Shown piece after piece: positions 1-8,654 of a stretch of DNA of 35,889 nucleotides. Both the position numbers and the translations under genes were made by a program. Source of the DNA: an uncultured euryarchaeote (GTDB taxonomy: Archaea; Halobacteriota; Halobacteria; Halobacteriales; Hikarchaeaceae). The DNA is taken from assembly GCA_963932585.1 (NCBI GenBank), contig CAWVSO010000001.1:1-35889 (forward strand), read 5' to 3'. The notes beneath the pieces were generated by a model. The model did no database searches, was not told where the DNA came from, and worked only from the letters and a program-made list of their open reading frames with translations. Positions within the stretch are counted from its first letter, which is position 1. Each line of letters opens with the position of its first letter.

Positions 1-336
1 TATGTGTATAACCATCTGGCGTCCGGTTCGGTTGGCCGAGGTGCTTATGTCCTGCTTGAGTTCAAATTCAAAACCATGCAGAGAAAATCTAAAAAATCTC
101 ATCCATTTGCAGCATCTCAGACATGGTCAAGGGACTTTAACCCTTTTTGCCATGTGACCGATTCAGTGAAAGAAGTAGACCCCTTGCTGCCCGTTTTTAA
201 AAGCTATATCTCTCCATCAATTCGAGGGTTATATTCTCTCCTCGGAAGGCAATTTAAAAGATCACTATTTTTAGAGAAATATAATTCCATAACCTCCCAA
301 CACAAACTACAATATCAATCAAAACCTGCTTCTTTT

Positions 337-690
337 GTGGATAAAAATCTCGCAGATGAAAAATGTGCTGCATGTAATAGTAATGACCATCCTTTAACCT
401 ACGAATACTATTCTAAATACTTGACGCATTTAAATGATCAATCATGGAATGTGGTAGATGATCATCACCTTATAGGTAGTTATGCCTTTTCAAATTTTAA
501 AGATGCTTTAGAATTCACAATTTCTATAGGAAACCTAGCGGAAGACGAATGGCACCATCCAGAAATCTCCCTCTCTTGGGGCGAAGTCCAAATTAAAATC
601 TGGACCCATAAAATAAATGGTCTCCACAAAACAGATTTCATTTTTGCAGCAAAATCAGACCGTATATATTCAGAACAAAAAATAACTTAA
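337..690 (+). CDS. pterin-4-alpha-carbinolamine dehydratase (PCD/DCoH family)
   Basis: The C-terminal ~115 aa of ORF 4..690 carry the PCD signature: KCAAC...PL near the N-terminus as in PhhB-type proteins, then EWHHPEISLSWGEVQIKIWTHKINGLHKTDFIFAAKSD (HHP...W..V.....TH...GL...DF..A). An in-frame GTG at 337 gives a 117-aa product of family-typical length. The frame stays open upstream to the window edge, so the true start is uncertain. Confidence 0.75.
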   Translation: MDKNLADEKCAACNSNDHPLTYEYYSKYLTHLNDQSWNVVDDHHLIGSYAFSNFKDALEFTISIGNLAEDEWHHPEISLSWGEVQIKIWTHKINGLHKTDFIFAAKSDRIYSEQKIT

Positions 691-1826
691 TCTAATTTAA
701 TTTTCACATCTCTATACCCTTCAAATCTAGAAATGGATACTTTATCATAAAAATCTGTAGGATCTCCATTCAATAGTTGTTTGGCTATTATATTTCCAAC
801 AGCAGGTGCCAATTGTATCCCCGAAGAATCAAAAGCTGCAATCGAAAAACCTCTGATTTCTGTCCATCCAACAATAGGAATGCCATCAGATACCCTCGAC
901 CGGATACCTACCCATTCTTTTATCACTTTTCCATTTCTCAAAACAGGAAAGAAATTTTTTGCCATTCGAAGCATTTTCTCTCTCATTTCAGCTGGTATTT
1001 CATCATTTATATCTCTTGGATCGTATTCTCCTTCACCATCTGGTTCTTGGCCAATGTACACTGTCCGTCTATCTCTCCCCATCACATACATCCCCGATTC
1101 AATATGCTGGAAAAATGGGAGTGTTACTTTCATTGGATTGGGCATTTTTAAAATCAATATGGGGGCTAATGTATGTGTAACTGGCAATTGAATTCCAACT
1201 AGTCTAGCCATTGGAAGATTCCACGGTCCTGCGGCACATACGACACTATCCACTTCTTCAAATCTGCCATTTACAACCAATCCTTCTATCGCATTTCTTT
1301 TTTTTACGATTTCACTCACTTCAGATGATTCATAAAATCCAACACCATTTTTTTCTGCCCGGTCCATAAATTCTTGAGCCAGTCCAACTGGATTTAAATA
1401 CCCGACATTCGCCTGATAAGTCACTCCCAATACCTCACTTTCATTTAAATATGGGCACATTATTTTTCCTTTCAGTTCCTTTCCCTGCATGTGACAAATT
1501 GGGTCATCAAAATCCTGATTACTTTCTTTGAATAGTCTCCGATTCCCCTCTTCCGTCGTCGATCCAACTAATCTCCCCGTTAATTTATAAGACAGATCTT
1601 TTTCCGATTTTTGGGAAAAATCATTATATATTTCTGCCCCGTATTTTTTCATTTTTAATTCAGTTGAATTCCCATAATGACCAAACATAGCAACAGACCT
1701 TTTAGTGGTTTCTCCAGCCAAAGTCCCACGCTCATAAATTTTCACCGAGTGACCTCCCAACTGTGATAAATGATACGCAATACTAGCACCAACTATGCCC
1801 CCTCCTATGATTGCTATATCTCCCAT
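687..1826 (-). CDS. FAD-dependent oxidoreductase, DAO family (glycine/D-amino-acid/sarcosine oxidase beta-like)
   Basis: N-terminal Rossmann dinucleotide-binding motif DIAIIGGGIVGASIAYHL. The 379-aa length and layout are typical of DAO-family flavoproteins. Substrate cannot be read from the sequence. Confidence 0.8.
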   Translation of the reverse strand: MGDIAIIGGGIVGASIAYHLSQLGGHSVKIYERGTLAGETTKRSVAMFGHYGNSTELKMKKYGAEIYNDFSQKSEKDLSYKLTGRLVGSTTEEGNRRLFKESNQDFDDPICHMQGKELKGKIMCPYLNESEVLGVTYQANVGYLNPVGLAQEFMDRAEKNGVGFYESSEVSEIVKKRNAIEGLVVNGRFEEVDSVVCAAGPWNLPMARLVGIQLPVTHTLAPILILKMPNPMKVTLPFFQHIESGMYVMGRDRRTVYIGQEPDGEGEYDPRDINDEIPAEMREKMLRMAKNFFPVLRNGKVIKEWVGIRSRVSDGIPIVGWTEIRGFSIAAFDSSGIQLAPAVGNIIAKQLLNGDPTDFYDKVSISRFEGYRDVKIKLD

Positions 1827-1911
1827 ACTTCAAATATACTCCATTTTGCCTAAATACTTTTTGATCTATATAATAAGCAAGTCTCATATAAATTGAACCC
1901 TTATCGATGAC

Positions 1912-3960
1912 GTGGCAACTAGCCGCCAAAATTTCACACTCTTCCTACACACAACGGCATCTGACTATCTAGTTTCTGGAATCAACAATAACAACAAACT
2001 ATTCCAAGGGACTTTAAAAGTTAAAATAACTAACTCTGGGGCACGACCTTTTAAATTTAGAGTTCAAGGAAAAACAAAAGAACAAGTACGCCGGCCAGAA
2101 GATTTTATTGATCTTGGAAGAAAGGCACACAAAATAAGAATTTCAAATCAAACCCCCATCCAAAAACAAAATGAAATCAAAGAATTATTTCATAGCTATG
2201 GGCTCAAAGCAGATGTTGTACGAACTTGTCAATATTGCTCTAAAAAAGGAAATTTCTCCCCTCTTGTGGACTCAAACGCAATAGCTGTACATAGCGGAGA
2301 AATATGTATTTCATGCGCCCTTTTGGAACTCCAAAACGAGTATTCACAAAAAGGACAATGGACTACATCGACAAAAAATCATCTCAAAAAAATACTCAAA
2401 GAGATTCAAAACATAGACCTAGTTAAAAATGCACTCGAAGGAGAATTAAATCCCGTTCTAACCGAATTTGATCAAATACCTAGCATAACCCTGCCAAACG
2501 AAACAATCAAAGTAAACGATTTAGACATCTCTCCCAAATTAAAATATTCATTATCAAAACGTTTCGATACTTTACAACCCATTCAAACTATATCAATTAA
2601 CAACGGGTTGTTGGATGGGGACGATCAATTAGTTGTAAGTGCTACCGGAAGTGGTAAAACTCTCATTGGAGAATTGGCGGGAATAGATAGATGTTTAAAA
2701 GGCAAAGGAAAATTTTTGTTTTTGGTGCCACTAGTCGCTCTAGCAAATCAAAAATACGATTCTTTCAACAAAAATTACGGCAATATTCTAAAAGTATCTC
2801 TCAGAGTAGGGTCTAGTAGGGTTAGAGGAATATCTCACCCATTCGATCCAAATGCAGATGTTATTGTTGGAACCTACGAAGGTATAGATCATGCATTAAG
2901 AACTAAAAAAGATTTCTCCCAAATTGGAACTATCGTTATAGATGAAGTTCACATGATTTCAGATAAAGATAGGGGGCATGGTCTCGATGGATTAATTGCT
3001 AGATTGAAAAGCTACTGCAATGTTCAATCCGCCTCTATAACTTCTCATAAAACTCAATGGATATATTTATCGGCAACAATAGGAAACCCCATCCAAATAG
3101 GGAATTCTTTGAAAGCAAAAACAATCTTATTTAGTAACAGGACCATCCCTCTTCACCGCCATATCGCATTTTCAATGAGTGGTCAAAAACATCAAATGAT
3201 AGAGGACTTGTCAAACCGCGAATCTCTGATTAAATCTTCTAAAGGATATGGTGGACAAACAATTGTCTTTACTCATTCTAGACAAAGGTGTCACGATATA
3301 TCTGACAAATTAACTTGTTCATCTGCCCCCTATCATGCGGGACTAGATTACCCAAAAAGAAAAAAAATAGAAGAAAGATTTGCAGCAGGAAAATTATCTA
3401 CTGTCGTCACAACAGCTGCTTTAGCCGCAGGAGTTGACTTCCCCGCATCTCAAGTTATTTTTGATTCTCTTGCTATGGGGATAAAATGGATCACAGCACA
3501 AGAATTCCAACAAATGCAAGGTAGGGCTGGAAGGCCTAGCTATCATGACAGAGGATTAATCTATATACTCATCGAACCTGGAAAAACTTATGATAGGCGC
3601 TCTGAAAAAACAGAAGATGAAGTGGCATTTGATCTTCTAAAAAGCAATGCTGAAGATGTTTCTCCTTGGTATGAAGATCAAGCTAACATGAGTGAAACTC
3701 TAGCGAATGTTATTGTTTCACCTATCAATCCAGGGCAACTTAATTCTTCGATGATAGGTAAAATTTCAACTAATGTGGCTATGAAAAAATTAACTGAAAT
3801 GGGTTTGTTAAAGGATAACAAAGCCACCCCAATAGGCGAAATAATATCTCAAAATTTCTTCACACCAAAAGAAGCGAAAACTCTTATAAAACACATAAAA
3901 ACTGGGACCTCTCCATTTGGTATAGTAACTGAAATAGAGATTCTCAAAGAAGATAACTAA
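1912..3960 (+). CDS. Ski2-like DEVH-box superfamily 2 helicase with N-terminal four-cysteine zinc ribbon (ASH-Ski2/Eta-like architecture)
   Basis: Walker A SATGSGKT, motif II DEVH, motif III SAT and motif VI QMQGRAGRP. An N-terminal CQYC...CISC module (Cys106/109/132/135, nt 2227-2316) precedes the helicase core. The start is a GTG per the ORF track; the upstream ATG at 1906 is in another frame and terminates quickly. Confidence 0.8.
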   Translation: MATSRQNFTLFLHTTASDYLVSGINNNNKLFQGTLKVKITNSGARPFKFRVQGKTKEQVRRPEDFIDLGRKAHKIRISNQTPIQKQNEIKELFHSYGLKADVVRTCQYCSKKGNFSPLVDSNAIAVHSGEICISCALLELQNEYSQKGQWTTSTKNHLKKILKEIQNIDLVKNALEGELNPVLTEFDQIPSITLPNETIKVNDLDISPKLKYSLSKRFDTLQPIQTISINNGLLDGDDQLVVSATGSGKTLIGELAGIDRCLKGKGKFLFLVPLVALANQKYDSFNKNYGNILKVSLRVGSSRVRGISHPFDPNADVIVGTYEGIDHALRTKKDFSQIGTIVIDEVHMISDKDRGHGLDGLIARLKSYCNVQSASITSHKTQWIYLSATIGNPIQIGNSLKAKTILFSNRTIPLHRHIAFSMSGQKHQMIEDLSNRESLIKSSKGYGGQTIVFTHSRQRCHDISDKLTCSSAPYHAGLDYPKRKKIEERFAAGKLSTVVTTAALAAGVDFPASQVIFDSLAMGIKWITAQEFQQMQGRAGRPSYHDRGLIYILIEPGKTYDRRSEKTEDEVAFDLLKSNAEDVSPWYEDQANMSETLANVIVSPINPGQLNSSMIGKISTNVAMKKLTEMGLLKDNKATPIGEIISQNFFTPKEAKTLIKHIKTGTSPFGIVTEIEILKEDN

Positions 3961-4024
3961 CGCCGAAATCATCTAATAAATACAAAACGATAGCTACGAG
4001 TAATAGGGATGTCTTAAATTAGTC

Positions 4025-4786
4025 ATGCGAAGGGTGCTTCAAGAACTATCTGATGGAAAAATCACAATAGTAGAGGCAGAAGCACTACTATTTGGATATG
4101 TCACAAGTGATTCTGGAAGATTCGACACAGATAGAGAACGTAGACACGGTGTGCCCGAAGGAATTTTATCCGATGGAAAAACAATAGAAGAAATTCTTGA
4201 ATTGGCTTCAATTGCTATAGAAACAACTGGAAGGTCAATTATCACTAGAGTGGATAGCAATTCTCAAAAAATAATCCAAGACCATTTCCCTTCTGAAATA
4301 ACTGTTAAATCCCATCCACTCTCGAAAATAATTGTGGCCTATCGACCAGATTATGAACCTCCTATTTTGAATGCCACAGTTGCTATAGTTACTGCAGGAA
4401 CTAGTGATAGATCGGTTGCAGAAGAAGCAGAGATTATAGTTTCAGAAATGGGTGCAACTACAACACTAATATATGATGTTGGCGTAGCAGGTCTCCACCG
4501 TTTAATGGACCAATTAGACAAAATCAAATCTGCAGACGTAGTTATAGTTGCTGCCGGAAGAGAGGGAACTTTACCTTCACTAGTGGCAGGATTGACAGAC
4601 ACTCCGGTAATCGGCTTGCCCATTTCAACGGGCTATGGTTTTGGCGGATCTGGTCAAGCAGCATTAACAAGCATGCTCCAATCATGTTCGGTACTTTCCA
4701 CAGTAAACATAGATGCAGGCTTCGTAGCTGGGGCCCAAGCTGGAATGATTGCAAGATCAATCTCCCAAGCACGTAATCAAAAATAG
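4025..4786 (+). CDS. larB: LarB, pyridinium-3,5-biscarboxylic acid mononucleotide synthase (PurE/AIR-carboxylase-like; nickel-pincer cofactor biosynthesis)
   Basis: Family pattern throughout: N-terminal helix plus D.DR..R.G.PE, then VAIVTAGTSDRSVAEEAEII...IYDVGVAGLHRL, VVIVAAGREGTLPSLVAGL...PVIGLP.S.GYG and SMLQSC...VNIDAGF. Length 253 aa. Confidence 0.85.
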   Translation: MRRVLQELSDGKITIVEAEALLFGYVTSDSGRFDTDRERRHGVPEGILSDGKTIEEILELASIAIETTGRSIITRVDSNSQKIIQDHFPSEITVKSHPLSKIIVAYRPDYEPPILNATVAIVTAGTSDRSVAEEAEIIVSEMGATTTLIYDVGVAGLHRLMDQLDKIKSADVVIVAAGREGTLPSLVAGLTDTPVIGLPISTGYGFGGSGQAALTSMLQSCSVLSTVNIDAGFVAGAQAGMIARSISQARNQK

Positions 4787-4797
4787 AATTTAATTAT

Positions 4798-6129
4798 CTA
4801 TCCCCCTCCACGTAATTTCGATAACAATTTTCTTACTTTTGATTTCCAACCAAATCCCATTAAAATTAAAGATGCTGCTGTAGCTACTAGTTGTATTTCA
4901 CCAAACCAATATGGTATACCTGGGGCAAGTACTCTAACCACTAACATTCCTTTTGTTATTATTGGAATCTCAGTATTCATTTCATTATATTCTTGACAAC
5001 ATTCAAAACTATCAAGTCCATTTATCTCTCCATAAGGTAGTCTATCTGCTTCATATGGGATGTATTTAGTCCAAACACCCCAAACAATTTCTCCCTCTGG
5101 GTTTACTTCTATAACTCGTTTGTTTAGTGTATCTGTTATCAATATATTCCCATTAGGGAGCTTATCTGCATCTCTTGGCCATCTGAATTCAATCCCGCCA
5201 GCTTCGTAAAGGGCCCATACAGGTTCCCATTCATTCATTTCAATCCTTTGCAACTCTACTATCCTATTATTGTCGCTATCTGCAACCAGCACCCTTCCCT
5301 CCTCTAACCATTGAGGATTGTGCTGATGATTAATTATACTAGGATCTCCGCATCGAATATCTCCATCACCATCTGTATCTGCCATCTCTCCCATTCGTTT
5401 ACAACTAAAATCATCTTTGTCGTTAGTATCTGAATTAATTATTTCAGTTACGCCCTTCCCACGTTCAATTATTAAAATCTGATTAGCATTCCTAACAGAC
5501 ACTAAATATCTTCCATCTCCAATCACATCCACGTCATTTATGTGCAACCAATCACGTTCTGTGGGGTCCTTTGGGGCGTCATAAATTTCATTTGCTTCCC
5601 AACTCCATGTTATCTCCCCATCTTTCACAGTGAATATCCTCTCCATGTCCATATCTGACATTAAAAACTCTCCCGAATCAAGCAAACTAACAGCATGAAC
5701 TTCACTGTTTTTCTTTGTTTTAACCACGTAACTATATTCATCAATAATTTTCGGTTCCTCGGTAACATCTATAATTCTAAAACCTGTCTCAGAACAATCG
5801 GAAAAAGTTTTTGGACACTCTACATCTTTCCCATCCATGAACCCTACTAATATTTTTCCATCTTCTATAACCGTGGCATCGAAATAACTATCTGCACTTG
5901 ATTCTTTCCATATTTGATTGGCACCCTCAAGTAAATACACACTACCAAATTCATGCCAACCAGGGCCGCCCCCTTGTGATCCAATCAATGTTTTTCTGTT
6001 ATCATTTGGATCTACATCCATCATAGGGGCGAACATAGAACTAATCACTATTGTCATGATAAAAAGACAAACACCTGCAATTGCAATAAATCCCCCCCGT
6101 TCTTCCAAGTTCATCATAATACGAGGCAT
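4798..6129 (-). CDS. membrane-anchored beta-propeller protein, arylsulfotransferase (ASST)-like repeats
   Basis: N-terminal TM helix (FIAIAGVCLFIMTIVISSMF) and C-terminal TM helix plus basic tail (LVATAASLILMGFGWKSKVRK...). Repeated D..H.ND/N..L.. blades: WLHINDVDVIGDGRYLVSVRNANQILII, HNPQWLEEGRVLVADSDNNRIVEL and NGNILITDTLNKRVIEVNPEGEIVW. Also an acidic DTDGDGD loop. Function is uncertain. Confidence 0.55.
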   Translation of the reverse strand: MPRIMMNLEERGGFIAIAGVCLFIMTIVISSMFAPMMDVDPNDNRKTLIGSQGGGPGWHEFGSVYLLEGANQIWKESSADSYFDATVIEDGKILVGFMDGKDVECPKTFSDCSETGFRIIDVTEEPKIIDEYSYVVKTKKNSEVHAVSLLDSGEFLMSDMDMERIFTVKDGEITWSWEANEIYDAPKDPTERDWLHINDVDVIGDGRYLVSVRNANQILIIERGKGVTEIINSDTNDKDDFSCKRMGEMADTDGDGDIRCGDPSIINHQHNPQWLEEGRVLVADSDNNRIVELQRIEMNEWEPVWALYEAGGIEFRWPRDADKLPNGNILITDTLNKRVIEVNPEGEIVWGVWTKYIPYEADRLPYGEINGLDSFECCQEYNEMNTEIPIITKGMLVVRVLAPGIPYWFGEIQLVATAASLILMGFGWKSKVRKLLSKLRGGG

Positions 6130-6221
6130 TGCAATGATTAAAGTACCTTTTGATCTGAATTTTGCCTTCTAAATACAAACTAAATATATATCTTATACCT
6201 CATATACTCAAAATAGACACT

Positions 6222-7400
6222 ATGATTTCAAAACAAAGATTGTTCGAAACTCTTTCAGAATACAATCTCGGTGCAATCATTGCATCTTCTCCTCAAAATG
6301 TTTTCTATTTCTCAGGATTGCAAAGTCTGACACAACGTTTACTAGGCCAACATGCATTTGTTATTTGGACCCCTCACCTCAATAATCCCCTTATAATTCT
6401 CCCATCTGTCGATGCTAGCATCATAGTAGACAAAAACATACAATATGATTCTATTTACACATTCGGGAATTTCTTTATGTATGAAGGTTCAAGCATATCT
6501 CCTTCAGATCTATCTGTTCAAAATATAAAAAATACCAATAACTTTCCAGACCCAATATCTGCACTTTTATCTGCTATTAAATCTCTTATACCTGATTCAG
6601 CTACAATTGCAATTGAACAATCTGGATTTTCCTTTTCCGAGTTCAGTCAAATATCTTCTAAAATAAATCCCGATGTTATCATAGCAGATGATCTAATTTC
6701 AGATCTCCGCATGATTAAAAGCAATAACGAAATAAAATATTTAAAACAAGCAGCCAAAATAAACCAAGCAGCTGTTGAATCTGCAATAACGAAAGTAACT
6801 CCTGGAACAACTGAAAGAGATATAGCCAATCATTATGAATCTGAATTAATTTCCAATGGGGCCTACCCACTTTTCACTGCAATTGGTTTCGGATCTCATG
6901 GGGCATACCCTCATGCTATACCTGGCGAAAGAATAATTGAAAAAGGGGATTTGATTCGGTTCGATGTTGGATGTACTTATGAAAATTATTCTTCTGACAT
7001 CGCCAGAACTTTTTCTTTTGGCCCCTCTGATCCAATTCTACAACAAAAATATGAAGTCCTCTGTTCATCAATGAACCATGGAATCGAAATGCTTCATGAT
7101 GGCGTATCAACAAATACAATATTCAACGAAATAGTTGGTTATATACGCGAACATGTACCATCAACCTTTTCCAATTTCAATCGAAACCATGTCGGCCATG
7201 GAATCGGGATCGATGTATATGATCATCCAACAATATCTCCTGATAATGGTGTTTTAAAAGATGGGATGGTTTTGTGCATCGAACCACCTTATTACGAACT
7301 AGGCACTGCAGGCATTCAAGTCGAAGATGAAGTCTATATAACTTCCCATGGGGTCGAGCGATTTACTCATTCTTCACCAACTCTCATAGATCTCCAATAG
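6222..7400 (+). CDS. M24 family metallopeptidase (Xaa-Pro aminopeptidase/dipeptidase type)
   Basis: Pita-bread fold metal ligand pattern: RFDVGCTYENYSSDIARTF, NHVGHGIGIDVYDHP, LCIEPP and QVEDEVYIT. I prefer the ATG at 6222 (MISKQRLFETL...) over the track start at 6162, because the extra 20 aa look non-coding and fall in the divergent spacer. Confidence 0.85.
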   Translation: MISKQRLFETLSEYNLGAIIASSPQNVFYFSGLQSLTQRLLGQHAFVIWTPHLNNPLIILPSVDASIIVDKNIQYDSIYTFGNFFMYEGSSISPSDLSVQNIKNTNNFPDPISALLSAIKSLIPDSATIAIEQSGFSFSEFSQISSKINPDVIIADDLISDLRMIKSNNEIKYLKQAAKINQAAVESAITKVTPGTTERDIANHYESELISNGAYPLFTAIGFGSHGAYPHAIPGERIIEKGDLIRFDVGCTYENYSSDIARTFSFGPSDPILQQKYEVLCSSMNHGIEMLHDGVSTNTIFNEIVGYIREHVPSTFSNFNRNHVGHGIGIDVYDHPTISPDNGVLKDGMVLCIEPPYYELGTAGIQVEDEVYITSHGVERFTHSSPTLIDLQ

Positions 7401-7417
7401 CATCTCATTTTTTCTGT

Positions 7418-8653
7418 CTACATAAGGTCAAGAACTGCTTCTATTGAAGGACCAACTACTGGAACTTCTCCCATACTCTCACCTGTCATCTTAGCATCTT
7501 TTAAACCACTAGATGTAGATATTGCTACAACACTTTCTCCTCTCTTTATCTCGCCCTCATCTTTCAATTGCATTACTCCTGCAATTGAAGCAACAGCAGC
7601 AGCTTCTGCATAGATTCCAGTCGTCTCACCTATTGTTCTCTGCATTCTTCTAATATCTTCGTCTCTCGATATAACTGCCAATCCATTAGATTCTCGTAAA
7701 ACATCTAATCCTTGGTATGTACTAATATTAACTCCAATGGAGAATGCTATTGTAGATTTGGTTTCAACTTTTTTCATTATGTTTCCATCCATTTCTAGTG
7801 TTTTTTTAAGTGGACCAAATGGTTCAACAGCAACCATTCTAGGTAATTTTTTTATCAATTTCAACTCGTATAAATCTTTGAAACCTCTCCATATGCCACT
7901 CAAACCATCTCCATATGCGGTAGGCTGGACGATCCATTCTGGAACTTTCCAATCCAACTGTGAACAAATTTCATAAGCTATTGTTTTATAGCCTTCAATT
8001 CCATAAAAATTACTTCCAACCGGAGGGTTACTATAATTTCCAGTTGGATACCACCCAAACCGTTCAATACATTTTTTCATTAACATCCAACGATGTTCTG
8101 GCTGTCTAGTGGCCAAAATTTTTGCTCCATAAACTCCCATTTGTATCTTCATAGTCTCTGGAACGGATTCCAATGTGAACACCACACTTTCCAAACCCGC
8201 TTTACTTGAATAAGCAGCCGTAGACGCCCCATGATTCCCCGTAGATGCAATTACTATCTTTTTAGAACCTACTTCCAAAGCTTTCGACACAGCAACAGAA
8301 CAAAACCGATCTTTAAAAGACCATGTTGGATTTTGACTTTCATCTTTTATGTATAATTTTATACCTTCTCCATTTACCAAATCAGAGCACTCAATCAGTG
8401 GCGTTCCACCCTCACCTAGTGTAACTGCATATCTCTTATCAACTGGAAGTAACTCTTCACACCCCCAAACCCCTCGATTATTATCAAACTTTTCCCGTGA
8501 AATTTTATCTGAAATTAACTCATAATCATATACTGGGGCCACGTTAGACACAAACTCTTTGGTCTTACAAGCAGGGCATCCTTCAAACATCAACCCCTCC
8601 TCATATTCCTCTCCGCAAAACAGACATTTTAATCCTTTAACATAGGTTGTCAT
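7418..8653 (-). CDS. thrC: threonine synthase (PLP-dependent, archaeal type with N-terminal zinc ribbon)
   Basis: PLP-lysine motif NPTWSFKDRF, glycine-rich ASTGNHGAS and N-terminal CLFCGEEY...CPACK ribbon. Length 411 aa. Confidence 0.9.
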   Translation of the reverse strand: MTTYVKGLKCLFCGEEYEEGLMFEGCPACKTKEFVSNVAPVYDYELISDKISREKFDNNRGVWGCEELLPVDKRYAVTLGEGGTPLIECSDLVNGEGIKLYIKDESQNPTWSFKDRFCSVAVSKALEVGSKKIVIASTGNHGASTAAYSSKAGLESVVFTLESVPETMKIQMGVYGAKILATRQPEHRWMLMKKCIERFGWYPTGNYSNPPVGSNFYGIEGYKTIAYEICSQLDWKVPEWIVQPTAYGDGLSGIWRGFKDLYELKLIKKLPRMVAVEPFGPLKKTLEMDGNIMKKVETKSTIAFSIGVNISTYQGLDVLRESNGLAVISRDEDIRRMQRTIGETTGIYAEAAAVASIAGVMQLKDEGEIKRGESVVAISTSSGLKDAKMTGESMGEVPVVGPSIEAVLDLM

Positions 8654-8654
8654 T

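Noticed and set aside
31-69. tRNA-like fragments: GTTGGCCGAG (D-loop-like, as in tRNA-Ser/Leu) and GAGTTCAAATTC (T-loop-like)
   Set aside because: I could not build an acceptor stem, an anticodon arm or a paired T-stem around them. The spacing is wrong for a cloverleaf.
777-1191. Three overlapping plus-strand ORFs (73-136 aa) inside the FAD-oxidoreductase gene
   Set aside because: They are antisense to a well-supported gene, have low-complexity S/P/I/F-rich translations and carry no motifs. This is the typical shadow-ORF artefact of codon bias.
6091-6097. C7 homopolymer (also at 34333-34339) as a slippage or phase-variation site
   Set aside because: Both lie in intact reading frames encoding plausible residues (GG/PP). 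There is no sign of frameshifted gene halves.
6134-6158. C/D-box sRNA-like ATGATTA ... CTGA in the spacer before the M24 peptidase gene
   Set aside because: The C box is degenerate, no second C'/D pair or terminal stem is present, and the element is too short. Similar near-matches at 15022-15030 and on the minus strand of 33040-33050 also lack D boxes.
6162-6221. Longer N-terminus for the M24 peptidase (track start 6162), and likewise 29412 for secD and 15418 (TTG) for the second S2P
   Set aside because: The extra residues are non-conserved-looking and lie in spacer or upstream-gene sequence. The downstream ATGs give family-typical N-termini, and for secD an ATGA overlap with secF.
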